From NCBI GenBank assembly GCA_964486045.1, contig CAZALK010000009.1, forward strand, positions 96,001 to 160,000: a DNA stretch of 64,000 nucleotides, written 5' to 3'. Positions 32,110 to 43,054 of the stretch are shown piece by piece. The stretch comes from an uncultured archaeon. Its GTDB lineage: Archaea > Asgardarchaeota > Lokiarchaeia > Sigyniarchaeales > SOKP01. Both the position numbers and the translations under genes were made by a program. The notes under the pieces are model-generated. The model had not been told where the DNA came from. It worked only from the letters and a program-made list of their open reading frames with translations, and ran no database searches. The first letter of the stretch is position 1, and each line of letters starts with the position of its first letter.

Positions 32110-33669
32110 TTATTCATATTCGATTGTGCTTGGTGGTTTATTAGAGATATCATAAACCACACGGTTAAAACCTTGTACTTCGTTAATTATTCGTGTGCTA
32201 ATTTTCTCTAACAGGTTCATATCTAACTTCGCAAAATTAGCTGTCATAACATCAAGAGATTCTACAGCTCTGATAGCACAAATATTTTCATATGTACGAA
32301 AATCTCCCATAACCCCGACTGTTTTTAATGGAAGAAAAACACAAAATACTTGCCAAAGGCTTTCATACAAGCCAGCATTTCTTATTTCTTCAATTAATAT
32401 CTCATCAGCATCTCGTAAAATCTTCAGTTTCTCTTTATCTACAGAACCAATTATCCTTACGGCTAATCCTGGTCCTGGGAAGGGATGTCGATTGATTATC
32501 TCTTTAGGTAATCCTAAGCTTAGCCCTATCCTTCTAACTTCGTCCTTATATAAATCTTTTAGCGGTTCTATAATTTCTAACATCATATTTTCGGGTAGAG
32601 TTAAGTTATGATGAGATTTAATTTTTGCAGAAGTGTTGCTTGTAGCACTTGATTCAACACGATCTGGATAAATCGTTCCTTGAGCAAGAAATTTTATATT
32701 AGGAAATTCTTTCTCTAATTCAATGGTCTTATTCTCAAAGACTTCAATGAATGTATGGCCTATTACTCGTCGCTTTTCCTCAGGATCTTCTATTCCATTA
32801 AGTCTATTAAGAAATAAATCCTCCGCATCCATATAGTGGAAGTTCTTAAACTTTAATTTCTTTCTAAAAGTTTCTTGAACCTCAACCACTTCATTTTTGC
32901 GTAATACTCCATTATTTACAAAAATACTATGTAATCGATCTCCAATAGCCTTATGCAATAATACTGCAGTAACAGAAGAATCTACCCCACCACTTAATCC
33001 CAAAATAACTTTTTTATCTGGACCAACCGTTTCTCTTATATTCTCTATTGTTTGATCAACCCAGTTCTCTAATTTCCATTGCCTTTTAGCTTTAGCATAT
33101 TTAATAGCAAAATTTTCGAGTACTACTCTACCCTTAGGTGTGTGGTCTACTTCTGGGTGGAATTGAACACCAAATAAATTTTCTTGGTTATTAGCAAAGA
33201 CTGCAATTGGACATGTTGCCGTTCTCGCCAAAACGTTAAAGCCCTTAGGTAATTCTTCTATTTGATCTCCATGAGACATCCACACTGTTTCAATATTGTT
33301 AAAACCTTCAAGTAGACTGTCACCAATTAACATATTCAGATCTGACTGACCATATTCCTTATGGTCATGTGATTCAATTTTTCCTTTTAATTGGTGTACT
33401 ATAAGATGATGCCCATAACAAATACCTAATACTGGTATCTCTTTTTCAGAAACATAATTATAAAAATCCTCAGGTAATTGTGGGCTTCCTTCGTCATAGA
33501 CACTATTAGGACCACCCGATAAAATGATACCTTTGGGATTTATGGCTTTAATCTTTTCAAGAGCAACATTATAGGGTAATATTTCTGAATACACACCTAA
33601 ATCTCTGATTCTTCTCGCGATTAAGTGACAATATTGACCCCCGAAATCTAACACGAGTATTGTATCCAT
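32110..33669 (-). CDS. guaA: GMP synthase, fused GATase+synthase
   Basis: LDFGGQY, LSGGP, GICYG, SGGVDS, IKSHHN, HPFPGPGL, KPPSTIEYE; ATG 33669 preferred start. Confidence 0.97.
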   Translation of the reverse strand: MDTILVLDFGGQYCHLIARRIRDLGVYSEILPYNVALEKIKAINPKGIILSGGPNSVYDEGSPQLPEDFYNYVSEKEIPVLGICYGHHLIVHQLKGKIESHDHKEYGQSDLNMLIGDSLLEGFNNIETVWMSHGDQIEELPKGFNVLARTATCPIAVFANNQENLFGVQFHPEVDHTPKGRVVLENFAIKYAKAKRQWKLENWVDQTIENIRETVGPDKKVILGLSGGVDSSVTAVLLHKAIGDRLHSIFVNNGVLRKNEVVEVQETFRKKLKFKNFHYMDAEDLFLNRLNGIEDPEEKRRVIGHTFIEVFENKTIELEKEFPNIKFLAQGTIYPDRVESSATSNTSAKIKSHHNLTLPENMMLEIIEPLKDLYKDEVRRIGLSLGLPKEIINRHPFPGPGLAVRIIGSVDKEKLKILRDADEILIEEIRNAGLYESLWQVFCVFLPLKTVGVMGDFRTYENICAIRAVESLDVMTANFAKLDMNLLEKISTRIINEVQGFNRVVYDISNKPPSTIEYE

Positions 33670-33801
33670 GATTAAATATATAAATCTTTCATTTGTCAAA
33701 AATATTATTATCCAATCTTTAACTTGCCATTAATAATCAAAAATTTAAAATTTATACAATCTTTTAAAAATCTAAAGTAGAAATCATGGTATTGCGATAA
33801 A

Positions 33802-34302
33802 TTGACCCAAGAAATTCTCAATGAAATAAACGGTGAGGAGAAAAGCAAGATTAAGGAAATCTTGAAAATTTACGAGAACGAAAGAGGAAATGTAATTTCA
33901 ATATTACAAAAAATTCAAGAAACCTATCAATATTTACCTTCAAACGTCTTATTTTACATATCTAAGAGATTAAATATTTCTCCTGCTGAAATATTTGGAG
34001 TAGCAACTTTCTATACACAGTTTAAATTTAAAAAAATGGGTAAAAATTCCCTTATATGCTGTGATGGTACTGCTTGTCATGTTAATGGTAGTCCAATTTT
34101 ATTAAGTTTCGTTGAAAATGAACTAGGGATAAAATCTGGTGAAATAACTGAAAATAAGATGTTTTCCATAGAATCTGTTGCGTGTTTGGGGTGTTGTGCA
34201 ATCTCTCCTGTGTGTGTAATTAATGGGCAGATTTATGGAGATTTAACATTGAAAAGGTTCAGAACAATATTAAAGAATTTGATGAAAAACCAAAACATAT
34301 AG
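33802..34302 (+). CDS. NuoE/HydC-like [2Fe-2S] subunit
   Basis: GVATFY, CDGTACHVNG, ACLGCC. Confidence 0.93.
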   Translation: MTQEILNEINGEEKSKIKEILKIYENERGNVISILQKIQETYQYLPSNVLFYISKRLNISPAEIFGVATFYTQFKFKKMGKNSLICCDGTACHVNGSPILLSFVENELGIKSGEITENKMFSIESVACLGCCAISPVCVINGQIYGDLTLKRFRTILKNLMKNQNI

Positions 34303-34313
34303 TTTTTTAAACA

Positions 34314-36134
34314 ATGAGTAAAACCTTGAATGAAAGAACAATCTTAGTTTGCAGGGGTAGTGGATGTAATTCGATGAATGCACTGGGAATTAACTCTACA
34401 TTGAAAAATTTAATTCAAGACTTAAATTTATCCGATTACTTGAAAATTAAATTGACAGGGTGTCAAGGTTTCTGCCAATTTGGCCCACAATTGATAATAA
34501 AACCAGACAATGTTTTATATGTTAAGTTAAAGACAAAAGATATTGAAGAAATTGTTGAGTCTCATTTAATTGGAAATAATATTGTTGAACGTCTGTTATA
34601 TGAGGATCCCACCTCGGGGAAACGGATCAGAAACATGGATGAAATTCTATTCTATAAGGAACAAATGCCAATTTTAAGGAAGTATTGTGGGAGGATTAAT
34701 CCTGAAGATATCAACGAGTATATTCATGTAGGGGGCTATTTATCACTAAAAAAAGCGCTTGAGGACATGAATCCGGAGGAAGTTATTACTGAAATAAAAA
34801 ATTCTGGATTACGTGGAAGGGGAGGAGCTGGTTTTCTAACAGGACAAAAATGGTGGGCATGTCGAAATGCTATTGGTCTCCCCAAATATTTAATCGCTAA
34901 TGGAGATGAGGGAGATCCAGGAGCATTTATGGATAGGTCACTATTAGAAGCTGATCCCCATAGCGTTATAGAAGGGATGATTATTGCTGCCTATGCGATA
35001 GGTGCTAATTATGGATACATATATGTTCGTGCCGAATATCCTCTTGCCATCAAACGTCTTGAGATAGCACTAAATCAAGCAAGAAAGGAAAATCTCCTTG
35101 GAAAAAATATTCTTAATTATGAACTTGATTTTGATATAATATTAAAAAAAGGGGCTGGAGCATTTGTTTGTGGTGAAGAAACAGCGTTAATGGCAGCTAT
35201 TACCGGTAAACGTGGAATGCCTCGACCTAGGCCTCCCTATCCATCTACCTCAGGTGTATGGGATAAACCAACAAATATCAATAATGTTAAAACTTATGCT
35301 TATATTCCAAGAATTATTAAGAATGGTTCAAACTGGTTTAATTCAATAGGATCTGAGAATGCTTCTGGAACATTTGTCGTCGCTTTAACTGGAAAAATTA
35401 ATAATTCAGGATTAGTAGAAGTTCCTATGGGAACTAAAATAAATAAACTAGTTTTCGAGATTGGTGGAGGTATCCCTAATGGCAAAAAATTTAAAGCGGT
35501 TCAAATTGGTGGTCCCTCTGGAGGATGCATTCCAGAAGAACTGTCAGATACTAAAATGGATTATGAGAGCATTACCTCTTTAGGCTCTATAATGGGTTCA
35601 GGAGGTTTTATTGTATTAGATGAAGATACTTGTATGGTAGAATTAGCCCATTATTTTATAGCTTTTACTCAAGACGAATCTTGTGGAAAGTGTGTTCCAT
35701 GTAGAATAGGGACTAAAAGAATGCTAGATCTCCTTACAGATATTAGAGAGGGTAAAGCAAATCTAACAGATTTAGATAGTTTAGAAAAATTAGCAAAAAT
35801 TGTAAAGAAAACTAGTTTATGTGGATTAGGTCAAACAGCACCCAATCCGGTTCTTACAACCCTTAAGTATTTTAGAGATGAATATGAAGCGCATATAGTA
35901 GAAAAAAGTTGCCCGGCTCTTGTTTGCAAAAATCTAATTTCATTTTTAATAGATAAAAACACGTGTACAGGTTGTGAAATTTGTAAAAATAGTTGTCCTT
36001 CTAAGGCGATAACAGGCATTGCTAAAGAATCTCATCTCATTAATTCTGATTTATGTGTCAGATGTGAAATATGTTTTAATTTATGTCCATATAATTCAAT
36101 TTCTAAAGTGCCAAAATATAGAATAAACGGGTGA
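34314..36134 (+). CDS. NuoF/HydB-like FMN/NADH subunit
   Basis: N-terminal 2Fe-2S, SGLRGRGGAGF, NGDEGDPGAFMDR, CGEETAL, GGPSGG, ESCGKCVPCR, C-terminal 2x[4Fe-4S]. Confidence 0.95.
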   Translation: MSKTLNERTILVCRGSGCNSMNALGINSTLKNLIQDLNLSDYLKIKLTGCQGFCQFGPQLIIKPDNVLYVKLKTKDIEEIVESHLIGNNIVERLLYEDPTSGKRIRNMDEILFYKEQMPILRKYCGRINPEDINEYIHVGGYLSLKKALEDMNPEEVITEIKNSGLRGRGGAGFLTGQKWWACRNAIGLPKYLIANGDEGDPGAFMDRSLLEADPHSVIEGMIIAAYAIGANYGYIYVRAEYPLAIKRLEIALNQARKENLLGKNILNYELDFDIILKKGAGAFVCGEETALMAAITGKRGMPRPRPPYPSTSGVWDKPTNINNVKTYAYIPRIIKNGSNWFNSIGSENASGTFVVALTGKINNSGLVEVPMGTKINKLVFEIGGGIPNGKKFKAVQIGGPSGGCIPEELSDTKMDYESITSLGSIMGSGGFIVLDEDTCMVELAHYFIAFTQDESCGKCVPCRIGTKRMLDLLTDIREGKANLTDLDSLEKLAKIVKKTSLCGLGQTAPNPVLTTLKYFRDEYEAHIVEKSCPALVCKNLISFLIDKNTCTGCEICKNSCPSKAITGIAKESHLINSDLCVRCEICFNLCPYNSISKVPKYRING

Positions 36135-36141
36135 ATCAACG

Positions 36142-38817
36142 ATGAACGATAAAAAGTCTTTAAAAATCAATGAAACAATTATTGAATTTTCAGATGGACC
36201 AACGATTTTAGAAGTCGCTACAAAGGCAGGCATATACATTCCTACACTCTGTTACATAGAAAACTTGACGCCTTATGGAGGTTGTAGACTTTGCATAATA
36301 AAAGTTGAAGGTATGAAAGGATATCCTACAGCCTGTTCAACTCTTGCCAAAAATGATATGAAAATTATCACTGATGATGAGGAGCTTCAAGAATTAAGAA
36401 GAGAAGTAGTAAAACTTACCTTGAGTGAGCACCCTTTCTCTTGCCTTGTTTGTGACAATAACGGTAAGTGTGAGGAAGACAGAAGGAATGAGGGTAAAGC
36501 AGGTCGTTCCTTTGGATGTTTTTTTTGCTCAAGTAAGACCAATTGTGATTTGAGGAAAATAACTAATTTCCTTGGAATAAATGATATTGAATATCAATTA
36601 GAGTACAGAAATTCACCTTTAAAGAGAAAAGATCCATTTATTGAAATAGACCCAAATATGTGTATTTTATGCGGTAAATGTGTTAGGACTTGTAATGAAT
36701 TGAGAAACATTGGTGCAATTAATTTTACTCAACGAGGGCATGATACAAAAGTATCGACTGCTTTTGACTTATCACTCATCGATACGAATTGCCAATTTTG
36801 TGGTGCTTGTATAGATATTTGCCCCACGGGAGCGATAACCTCCAAAAATACAAAATGGTTTGACAAAGATAGTAATGTGACAGCATCTATATGTGGATTT
36901 TGTAGCATAGGATGTAAATTTGACTATTATTCTCATAATGGATTGTTAGTTGAATCAATTCCAAATAAAATTAATTATAATAGTAACAAATACCCTTGTA
37001 TGTTTGGCAGATTCTGTATAGTTCCATTTAACAATGGAAATAACAGATTAAAGTATCCTTTAATCAAAAAAAATGATGAATTAATCCCAAGTCAGTGGGA
37101 TGAGGCTTACTACGTTATTAAAGAAAGTTTAATGAAATATGAACCTGAAGAAATTGCTGTTTTGGCTTCAGTAGATTTATCTAATGAATCTGCTTATATT
37201 TTAAATAAACTTTCCCGAAGAGTCCTAAAAACTGACAATATTGGTATAATTCCTAATAGTAATCACTCAGATCATCTCTGGAGAAATGCAAATATCATCG
37301 GTGTTTGTAAAAATTTAAATTTAGGCAACAGGAAATCTCACGAAGAAATTATCAAGAATATTAAAGGAGGGAAAATAAAAGCTCTTTACCTTACCGAGAG
37401 AGTGGTTAATCCAGATTTCCTGAAGGATGTTGAATTTCTAATTTTACAAGATATATATCCTTCAGACTGCTTTCAATATGCCAATGTAATTCTTCCAACA
37501 TGTACATTTATAGAGGACTCAGGATCAATTTTAAGTACTGAGCAATCAATCAGTCAATTTTTTAAAGCCTCTTCAAATGTAGGTGAATCAAAACCAGACT
37601 GGAAAATTTTTTGTGAATTAGCAAAGCAATACGATAGTTTGATGGGTGAAGATTTCAATTTCTCCAATTCTGATGGAATTTTTGAAGAAATGAAGAAAGA
37701 GTACTCTGATAATAATGTACATAATTTTGAAGGTTTTATAGAAAATTTAAAAATACCTCTACTTTCTTTTGAGGAGAAAATTTATGAATATATTAACCAA
37801 CCCTCAAAATTGGAATTGTTTAAATATCGAGGGGAATCGATATCAGATCAAGTAAAAGATCTAAAGCATTTAATTGACTATCGCGGTTTTAAAAAAGATA
37901 GTAAAGAATCTAATGTTCCGCTCATAGAATTAATTGAAACTAGATTTAAAGTTATATCAAATAACGAAATTGCGATCAACTTCTTCCAATTAGTGATAGA
38001 AGCACCTTTAATTGCTAAAAAAGCAAAACCAAGCAATTTTGTCATTTTAATGAAGGATGAGAAGAGTGAAAGAATTCCAATAACTATCTCCAGTTGGGAC
38101 CCAAATAAAGGAATTATAACTCTTTTCTTCCAGGAAGCAGGATATTCCACAATGAAATTAACAGATCTTAATGCGGGGGATTATTTATATAGCATAGTTG
38201 GTCCATTAGGAAAGGATATCGAAATTAAAAATTTTGGCACGGTTTTATTGGCAGGCGGATGTTATGGAAATGGGGCAATTTATCCTATAGCTAAAGCTTT
38301 AAAATCCGCTGGAAATAAAGTAAATGTAATTCTAGAGGCTCGAAATGAGAATTTATTTTATTTAGAAGAGGAATTTGAAGAAATTTCAGACTTTATAATT
38401 TACTGCACCTCAGATGGTTCTAAAGGTTTGAAAGGTAAAATTCAAGTAGGATTAAAGCACATGTTCAACCGGGGTATTGATGTAGACAGAGCTTATTTTA
38501 TTGGATGCACTTATATGATGAGAGATGCTTCAATCTATACTAAAGAAAACGGAAACATCCCTACTTTTGTAAGTTTGAATACTATCATGATTGATGGGAC
38601 AGGAATGTGTGGGTGCTGTCGCCTAACATTACTTCAGGATGGAAAAGAGTTGACCAAATTTGCATGTATAGATGGTCCAATGTTCAATGGTCATCAAATC
38701 AAATGGGATGAATTATTATCTCGTAATGAAAGGTTTGAAGAGCCTGAGATCTCCATTTATCAAAACCACTCTTGTAAAGCTATAGAAAAATTCAATAAAG
38801 GTGGTAGCAATGGGTGA
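36142..38817 (+). CDS. fusion of NuoG/FdhA-like FeS module (shortened Mo-bisPGD fold) and NfnA/SudB-like FAD/[2Fe-2S] domain
   Basis: IPTLC..GGCRLC, HPFSCLVC, CILCGKC, CQFCGAC, CGFCSIGC; C-terminal SERIPITI, GPLGK, DGTGMCGCCR, FACIDGP. Confidence 0.88.
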   Translation: MNDKKSLKINETIIEFSDGPTILEVATKAGIYIPTLCYIENLTPYGGCRLCIIKVEGMKGYPTACSTLAKNDMKIITDDEELQELRREVVKLTLSEHPFSCLVCDNNGKCEEDRRNEGKAGRSFGCFFCSSKTNCDLRKITNFLGINDIEYQLEYRNSPLKRKDPFIEIDPNMCILCGKCVRTCNELRNIGAINFTQRGHDTKVSTAFDLSLIDTNCQFCGACIDICPTGAITSKNTKWFDKDSNVTASICGFCSIGCKFDYYSHNGLLVESIPNKINYNSNKYPCMFGRFCIVPFNNGNNRLKYPLIKKNDELIPSQWDEAYYVIKESLMKYEPEEIAVLASVDLSNESAYILNKLSRRVLKTDNIGIIPNSNHSDHLWRNANIIGVCKNLNLGNRKSHEEIIKNIKGGKIKALYLTERVVNPDFLKDVEFLILQDIYPSDCFQYANVILPTCTFIEDSGSILSTEQSISQFFKASSNVGESKPDWKIFCELAKQYDSLMGEDFNFSNSDGIFEEMKKEYSDNNVHNFEGFIENLKIPLLSFEEKIYEYINQPSKLELFKYRGESISDQVKDLKHLIDYRGFKKDSKESNVPLIELIETRFKVISNNEIAINFFQLVIEAPLIAKKAKPSNFVILMKDEKSERIPITISSWDPNKGIITLFFQEAGYSTMKLTDLNAGDYLYSIVGPLGKDIEIKNFGTVLLAGGCYGNGAIYPIAKALKSAGNKVNVILEARNENLFYLEEEFEEISDFIIYCTSDGSKGLKGKIQVGLKHMFNRGIDVDRAYFIGCTYMMRDASIYTKENGNIPTFVSLNTIMIDGTGMCGCCRLTLLQDGKELTKFACIDGPMFNGHQIKWDELLSRNERFEEPEISIYQNHSCKAIEKFNKGGSNG

Positions 38818-40228
38818 GAGTGCACCAAAGAAGAAACTTATTCGAATTCCTCGTCATGAAATGCCAACACAAGATCCTAACCTAAGAGTTAGAAACTTTG
38901 AAGAAGTTAATTTAGGTTATAATACTGAAACTGCAAAAGAGGAAGCAAAAAGATGTTTACAATGCGCAAAACCCCTCTGCGTTGAAGGATGTCCAGTTAA
39001 TATCAATATTCCAGAATTTATCAGACTGGTAAAAGATGGAGAAATTCAAGAAGCCATCAGGAGCTTAAAAGAATATAATATCTTACCTGCAATATGTGGG
39101 AGAGTATGTCAACAAGAACGCCAATGTGAATCAAAATGTGTTATGCGAAAGCGGTTTAAATCTGTAGCTATAGGAAATCTTGAGAGATTTATAGCAGATT
39201 GGGAAAGAGCAAATCAACTTAAGGAATGTCCTGATTGTGAGCCCCCAAACAATATTAAAGTGGCTATAATAGGTTCGGGTCCAGCAGGACTTACTTGTGC
39301 AGCAGATATGGCTAGATTTGGATATAATGTTACGATCTTTGAAGCTTTCCATAAGGGTGGTGGAGTTTTGGTATACGGAATTCCAGAGTTTAGACTCCCA
39401 AAAGAAGTAGTGGAAGAAGAAATTGAAACCCTCAAAATGTTGGGCGTAACTATTGAATATAATATGATTATTGGAAAAATCTTAACGATTGAGGACTTAC
39501 AATCTATGGGATTTAAGGCAATTTTTATAGGGATTGGTGCCGGTAGCCCAAGATTTTTAGGTATCTCTGGAGAAAATTTAAAAGGAATAGTATCTGCTAA
39601 TGAATATTTAACTAGAACCAACTTAATGAAGGCTTATGAATTTCCCAAATATAAAACACCTATTGTGAAAGGTAAAAATATAGTTGTCATTGGTGGAGGG
39701 AATACTGCTATGGATTCAGCGAGAACAGCATTAAGACTTGGGGCGAAGACAGTTACAATTGTATATCGACGGGCTATGGAACAACTGCCAGCAAGATTAG
39801 AAGAGGTACATCATGGGGAAGAAGAGGGAATCGTTTTCAAACTTTTAACAAATCCTGTTAGATTTAATGGGAATGAAGAAGGCAAGGTCAAAGAATTAGA
39901 AGTAGTTAAAATGAAACTAGGAGAACATGACAGTTCTGGAAGGGCGCGACCACTACCAATTGAAAACTCAGAATTTATTATAAAAACCGATTTAGTTATT
40001 ATAGGGATAGGAAACAATGCCAATCCTTTACTAACTTCAACTTATCCCGCTCTTGAATTAAATAAGTGGGGGAATATTATAGCGGATGAAAATGGTCAAA
40101 CAAATATCGAAGCGATTTATGCTGGGGGAGATATAGTTTCAGGAGCAGCAACAGTGATATCTGCAATGGGTGCCGGGAGAATCGCAGCTAAAGCTATGAA
40201 CCAATATCTAAAATTAAAATATCTATAA
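38801..40228 (+). CDS. NfnB/SudA (GltD-like) NADPH-dependent flavoprotein
   Basis: RCLQCAKPLCVEGCPV, CGRVC, GSGPAG, GIPEFRLPK, GGGNTAMD, AGGDIVSG. Confidence 0.93.
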   Translation: MVAMGESAPKKKLIRIPRHEMPTQDPNLRVRNFEEVNLGYNTETAKEEAKRCLQCAKPLCVEGCPVNINIPEFIRLVKDGEIQEAIRSLKEYNILPAICGRVCQQERQCESKCVMRKRFKSVAIGNLERFIADWERANQLKECPDCEPPNNIKVAIIGSGPAGLTCAADMARFGYNVTIFEAFHKGGGVLVYGIPEFRLPKEVVEEEIETLKMLGVTIEYNMIIGKILTIEDLQSMGFKAIFIGIGAGSPRFLGISGENLKGIVSANEYLTRTNLMKAYEFPKYKTPIVKGKNIVVIGGGNTAMDSARTALRLGAKTVTIVYRRAMEQLPARLEEVHHGEEEGIVFKLLTNPVRFNGNEEGKVKELEVVKMKLGEHDSSGRARPLPIENSEFIIKTDLVIIGIGNNANPLLTSTYPALELNKWGNIIADENGQTNIEAIYAGGDIVSGAATVISAMGAGRIAAKAMNQYLKLKYL

Positions 40229-40405
40229 ATGTATTAACATTTATTACTTACTTTAAAATTTTTGATGATTTCCCAGATCTTTCCCGCTTTACTCATGTAT
40301 TAGAAGTGTTTTATATAATGAATTATTATTCAAATTATCCTAAATAAAATACAGATTTCTTCAGATATTTTATTATTATTTCTTAAAAATTGAAAAAAAT
40401 TCATT

Positions 40406-41671
40406 TTGAGACTGAATAATATGAGTGAAAATTTAGATCCATTTCAAATAGCCCAAAAACAACTTTACGATGCTTGCAAGCTGATTAATTATGATAGTGA
40501 AATCTATGAAGCCTTAAGCGTTCCAGAACGATTCATACAAATTAAAATAACCATGAAGATGGATAACGGATCAATTAAAACATTTCAAGGTTTTCGATGT
40601 CAGTATAATTCTGCTAGAGGGCCTATGAAAGGGGGGATTAGATGGCATCCTGATGAATCTGCTTCTCTTATAAAAGCCTTATCTGCGTGGATGACATGGA
40701 AAACAGCCTGTGTTGATATCCCCTTGGGTGGTGCTAAGGGTGGAATAATTTGTAATCCAAAAGAGATGAGTAAAAGAGAGCTCGAAACTCTAGCAAGAAG
40801 CTATATTAGACGGCTTGCTGATGTTATTGGACCAAATATTGATGTTCCTGCTCCTGACGTTTACACAAATCCCCAGATAATGGGGTGGATGCTCGATGAA
40901 TACGAAACCATAGTCCGTAGGCATGCACCTTCAGTCATTACGGGAAAACCCTTACCGTTAGGTGGTAGTGCTGGAAGGTCAATTGCAACGGCTAAAGGCG
41001 GAGTTTTTACTATCAGAGAAGCAGCAAAAGACTTGAACTTAAATTTAAATGGTGCGAAAGTAGTAGTCCAAGGTTATGGAAATGCTGGTTCCTGGGTTGC
41101 AAAGATTTTACATGATGATTTTAATTGTAATATCATTGCAGTTTCTGATTCTAAAGGAGGGATTTTCAATAAAAATGGTATTGATCCCTATGAAGTAGCC
41201 TCTTTTAAAGAAAAGACATCAACTGTTGTTGGATTAAAAGGTTCTGAAGAAATTTCAAATAAAGAATTGTTAGAGCTAGAATGTGATGTATTAGTTCCTG
41301 CGGCTTTAGAAAATGTCATAACTAGGAAGAATGCTGAAAATATTAACTGTAAAATTGTAGCTGAACTTGCTAATGGTCCAACTACTCCAGATGCTGATCA
41401 AAAACTTTCTGAGAAGGGAATTCTCGTAATTCCTGATTTTTTATGTAATGCAGGAGGAGTTACTGTATCATATTTTGAGATGGTACAAGGCTATTATCGC
41501 TATTTTTGGACAGAAGCAGAAGTTTTTGAAGCATTAGATAGAGTTATGACACGAGCTTATCGTTCTACTGTTGACGAAGCGGCAAAATTCGATACAAACA
41601 ACAGAATGGGCGCTTATATCATTTCTATAGAGAGAGTTTTAACGGCAATGCGACTTAGAGGATGGATTTAA
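40406..41671 (+). CDS. gdhA: glutamate dehydrogenase
   Basis: GPMKGGIRWHP, MTWKTA, GGAKGG, DVPAPD, QGYGNAG, ELANGP, NAGGVTVSYFE. Confidence 0.96.
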   Translation: MRLNNMSENLDPFQIAQKQLYDACKLINYDSEIYEALSVPERFIQIKITMKMDNGSIKTFQGFRCQYNSARGPMKGGIRWHPDESASLIKALSAWMTWKTACVDIPLGGAKGGIICNPKEMSKRELETLARSYIRRLADVIGPNIDVPAPDVYTNPQIMGWMLDEYETIVRRHAPSVITGKPLPLGGSAGRSIATAKGGVFTIREAAKDLNLNLNGAKVVVQGYGNAGSWVAKILHDDFNCNIIAVSDSKGGIFNKNGIDPYEVASFKEKTSTVVGLKGSEEISNKELLELECDVLVPAALENVITRKNAENINCKIVAELANGPTTPDADQKLSEKGILVIPDFLCNAGGVTVSYFEMVQGYYRYFWTEAEVFEALDRVMTRAYRSTVDEAAKFDTNNRMGAYIISIERVLTAMRLRGWI

Positions 41672-41737
41672 CCCAAAAAACTTTATTTAACATTTCTTCA
41701 ATTCACATATCATTTCAATAATTCCTATAGTGATTTT

Positions 41738-43054
41738 CTATCCAAAAAATGGGACTAAGATCAATAAATACAATATCGCTATACCGATGTGAACAAAAGC
41801 AAATATAGCTCCCATCTTTAACAACCGTTTGTAATTGAAATTTTCTACTCCTGAATCTCGTGCAATTTTTAGAGTCATCATATCGCAAGCTGCTCCTGAA
41901 GGCAAGAAATTTCCACCAAGATTGATACCGATTACAAGTGAAAAAAACAAGGGAATTGATGAGAAACCAAAACCACCGTTGGACACTGGTTCTATTAATA
42001 ATCCAATTATCGGGATAAAAATTAACGCTGTTGGAGTATTTGCAACAACACCAGAGATAAAACTAATGATTATTAATATAAGAAAAGCTAAAACAAATGG
42101 ATTTAAAGCCTCAAACGGGATCAATTCAAAAAGCTCTCCAAATCCAGCTTCTATAAGGCAACCAACGACTACATATAGTGAAATGAAAAAGAACAGGATT
42201 TCCCATTCAATATCTTTTAACATTTCACTCATAGATTTTTTTGTATAACTTTTATTAGCGAGAACCAATATTATCGCAGAAATTACCGCGGTTAAATATA
42301 GTAGTGGGAGAATACCAAACAGAATAATTGTTATTATTATAGCCGTTCCATTAAAATAAAACATCCTTTTATTTTTTACCATAGTATCAGTATCTATTAA
42401 ATCTAGAACATATTTTTTTTGTAACTCTTCTATTTTTGGCTCTTTACTTAAAACAAATTTATCTAAAAGAAAAATTGTGCCAAACAATAAAAGGAATGAA
42501 AATATCCAATAAAACTGAATAAAATAAAGTGTGTTGAGCTCGGAAAATGCAGTAGAAATAATAATGTTTTCTCCACTTGAGAAAGGAGTTAATATTGAGC
42601 CAATATTAATACAAATCGTCATTCCTAGAAGGTAAGTTCCAGCTTTTATTTTAAGAAAGTGGCAAAGTCGAATTACTATAGGTGCTAATATTAAAACCAC
42701 AACTACATCGCTTATAATTGAAGCTAGAAGAGTAGTAATTATACAGAGAAGCCAAAAAAATATTCTTTGGTTACCTTTTGATAATTTAAAAAGCTTTACA
42801 GCTATAAATTCTAAAATATTCGAATCCTGAGCTATCTTTGTTATCAGGCTCATGCTTAATATTATAATAATTGCTTCCCATTCAATAAATCCAATAAAAG
42901 TATCAAATCCTATCCCTATGACTGCACCAGTGATAGTTGCTGCAATAAAACAACATAAAAGTGAAATTGCTACAACATCTAAATTAGATTTCGAATAGCT
43001 TAGAATTATTAATCCAAACAATATAAAAAGAATGATGAGAAGGATAATATTCAT
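41738..43054 (-). CDS. ArsB/NhaD (ion transporter superfamily) permease
   Basis: multi-TM; NIGSILTPFSSGENII, NLGGNFLPSGAAC. Confidence 0.85.
   Translation of the reverse strand: MNIILLIILFILFGLIILSYSKSNLDVVAISLLCCFIAATITGAVIGIGFDTFIGFIEWEAIIIILSMSLITKIAQDSNILEFIAVKLFKLSKGNQRIFFWLLCIITTLLASIISDVVVVLILAPIVIRLCHFLKIKAGTYLLGMTICINIGSILTPFSSGENIIISTAFSELNTLYFIQFYWIFSFLLLFGTIFLLDKFVLSKEPKIEELQKKYVLDLIDTDTMVKNKRMFYFNGTAIIITIILFGILPLLYLTAVISAIILVLANKSYTKKSMSEMLKDIEWEILFFFISLYVVVGCLIEAGFGELFELIPFEALNPFVLAFLILIIISFISGVVANTPTALIFIPIIGLLIEPVSNGGFGFSSIPLFFSLVIGINLGGNFLPSGAACDMMTLKIARDSGVENFNYKRLLKMGAIFAFVHIGIAILYLLILVPFFG

Noticed and set aside
36142-38817. Formate dehydrogenase or [FeFe]-hydrogenase catalytic subunit
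   Set aside because: The molybdopterin region is far too short and no H-cluster motifs are present.
38801-40228. Calling this the GltD subunit of the glutamate synthase
   Set aside because: It overlaps an NfnA-domain gene and lies 9 kb from gltB; NfnB/SudA fits better.
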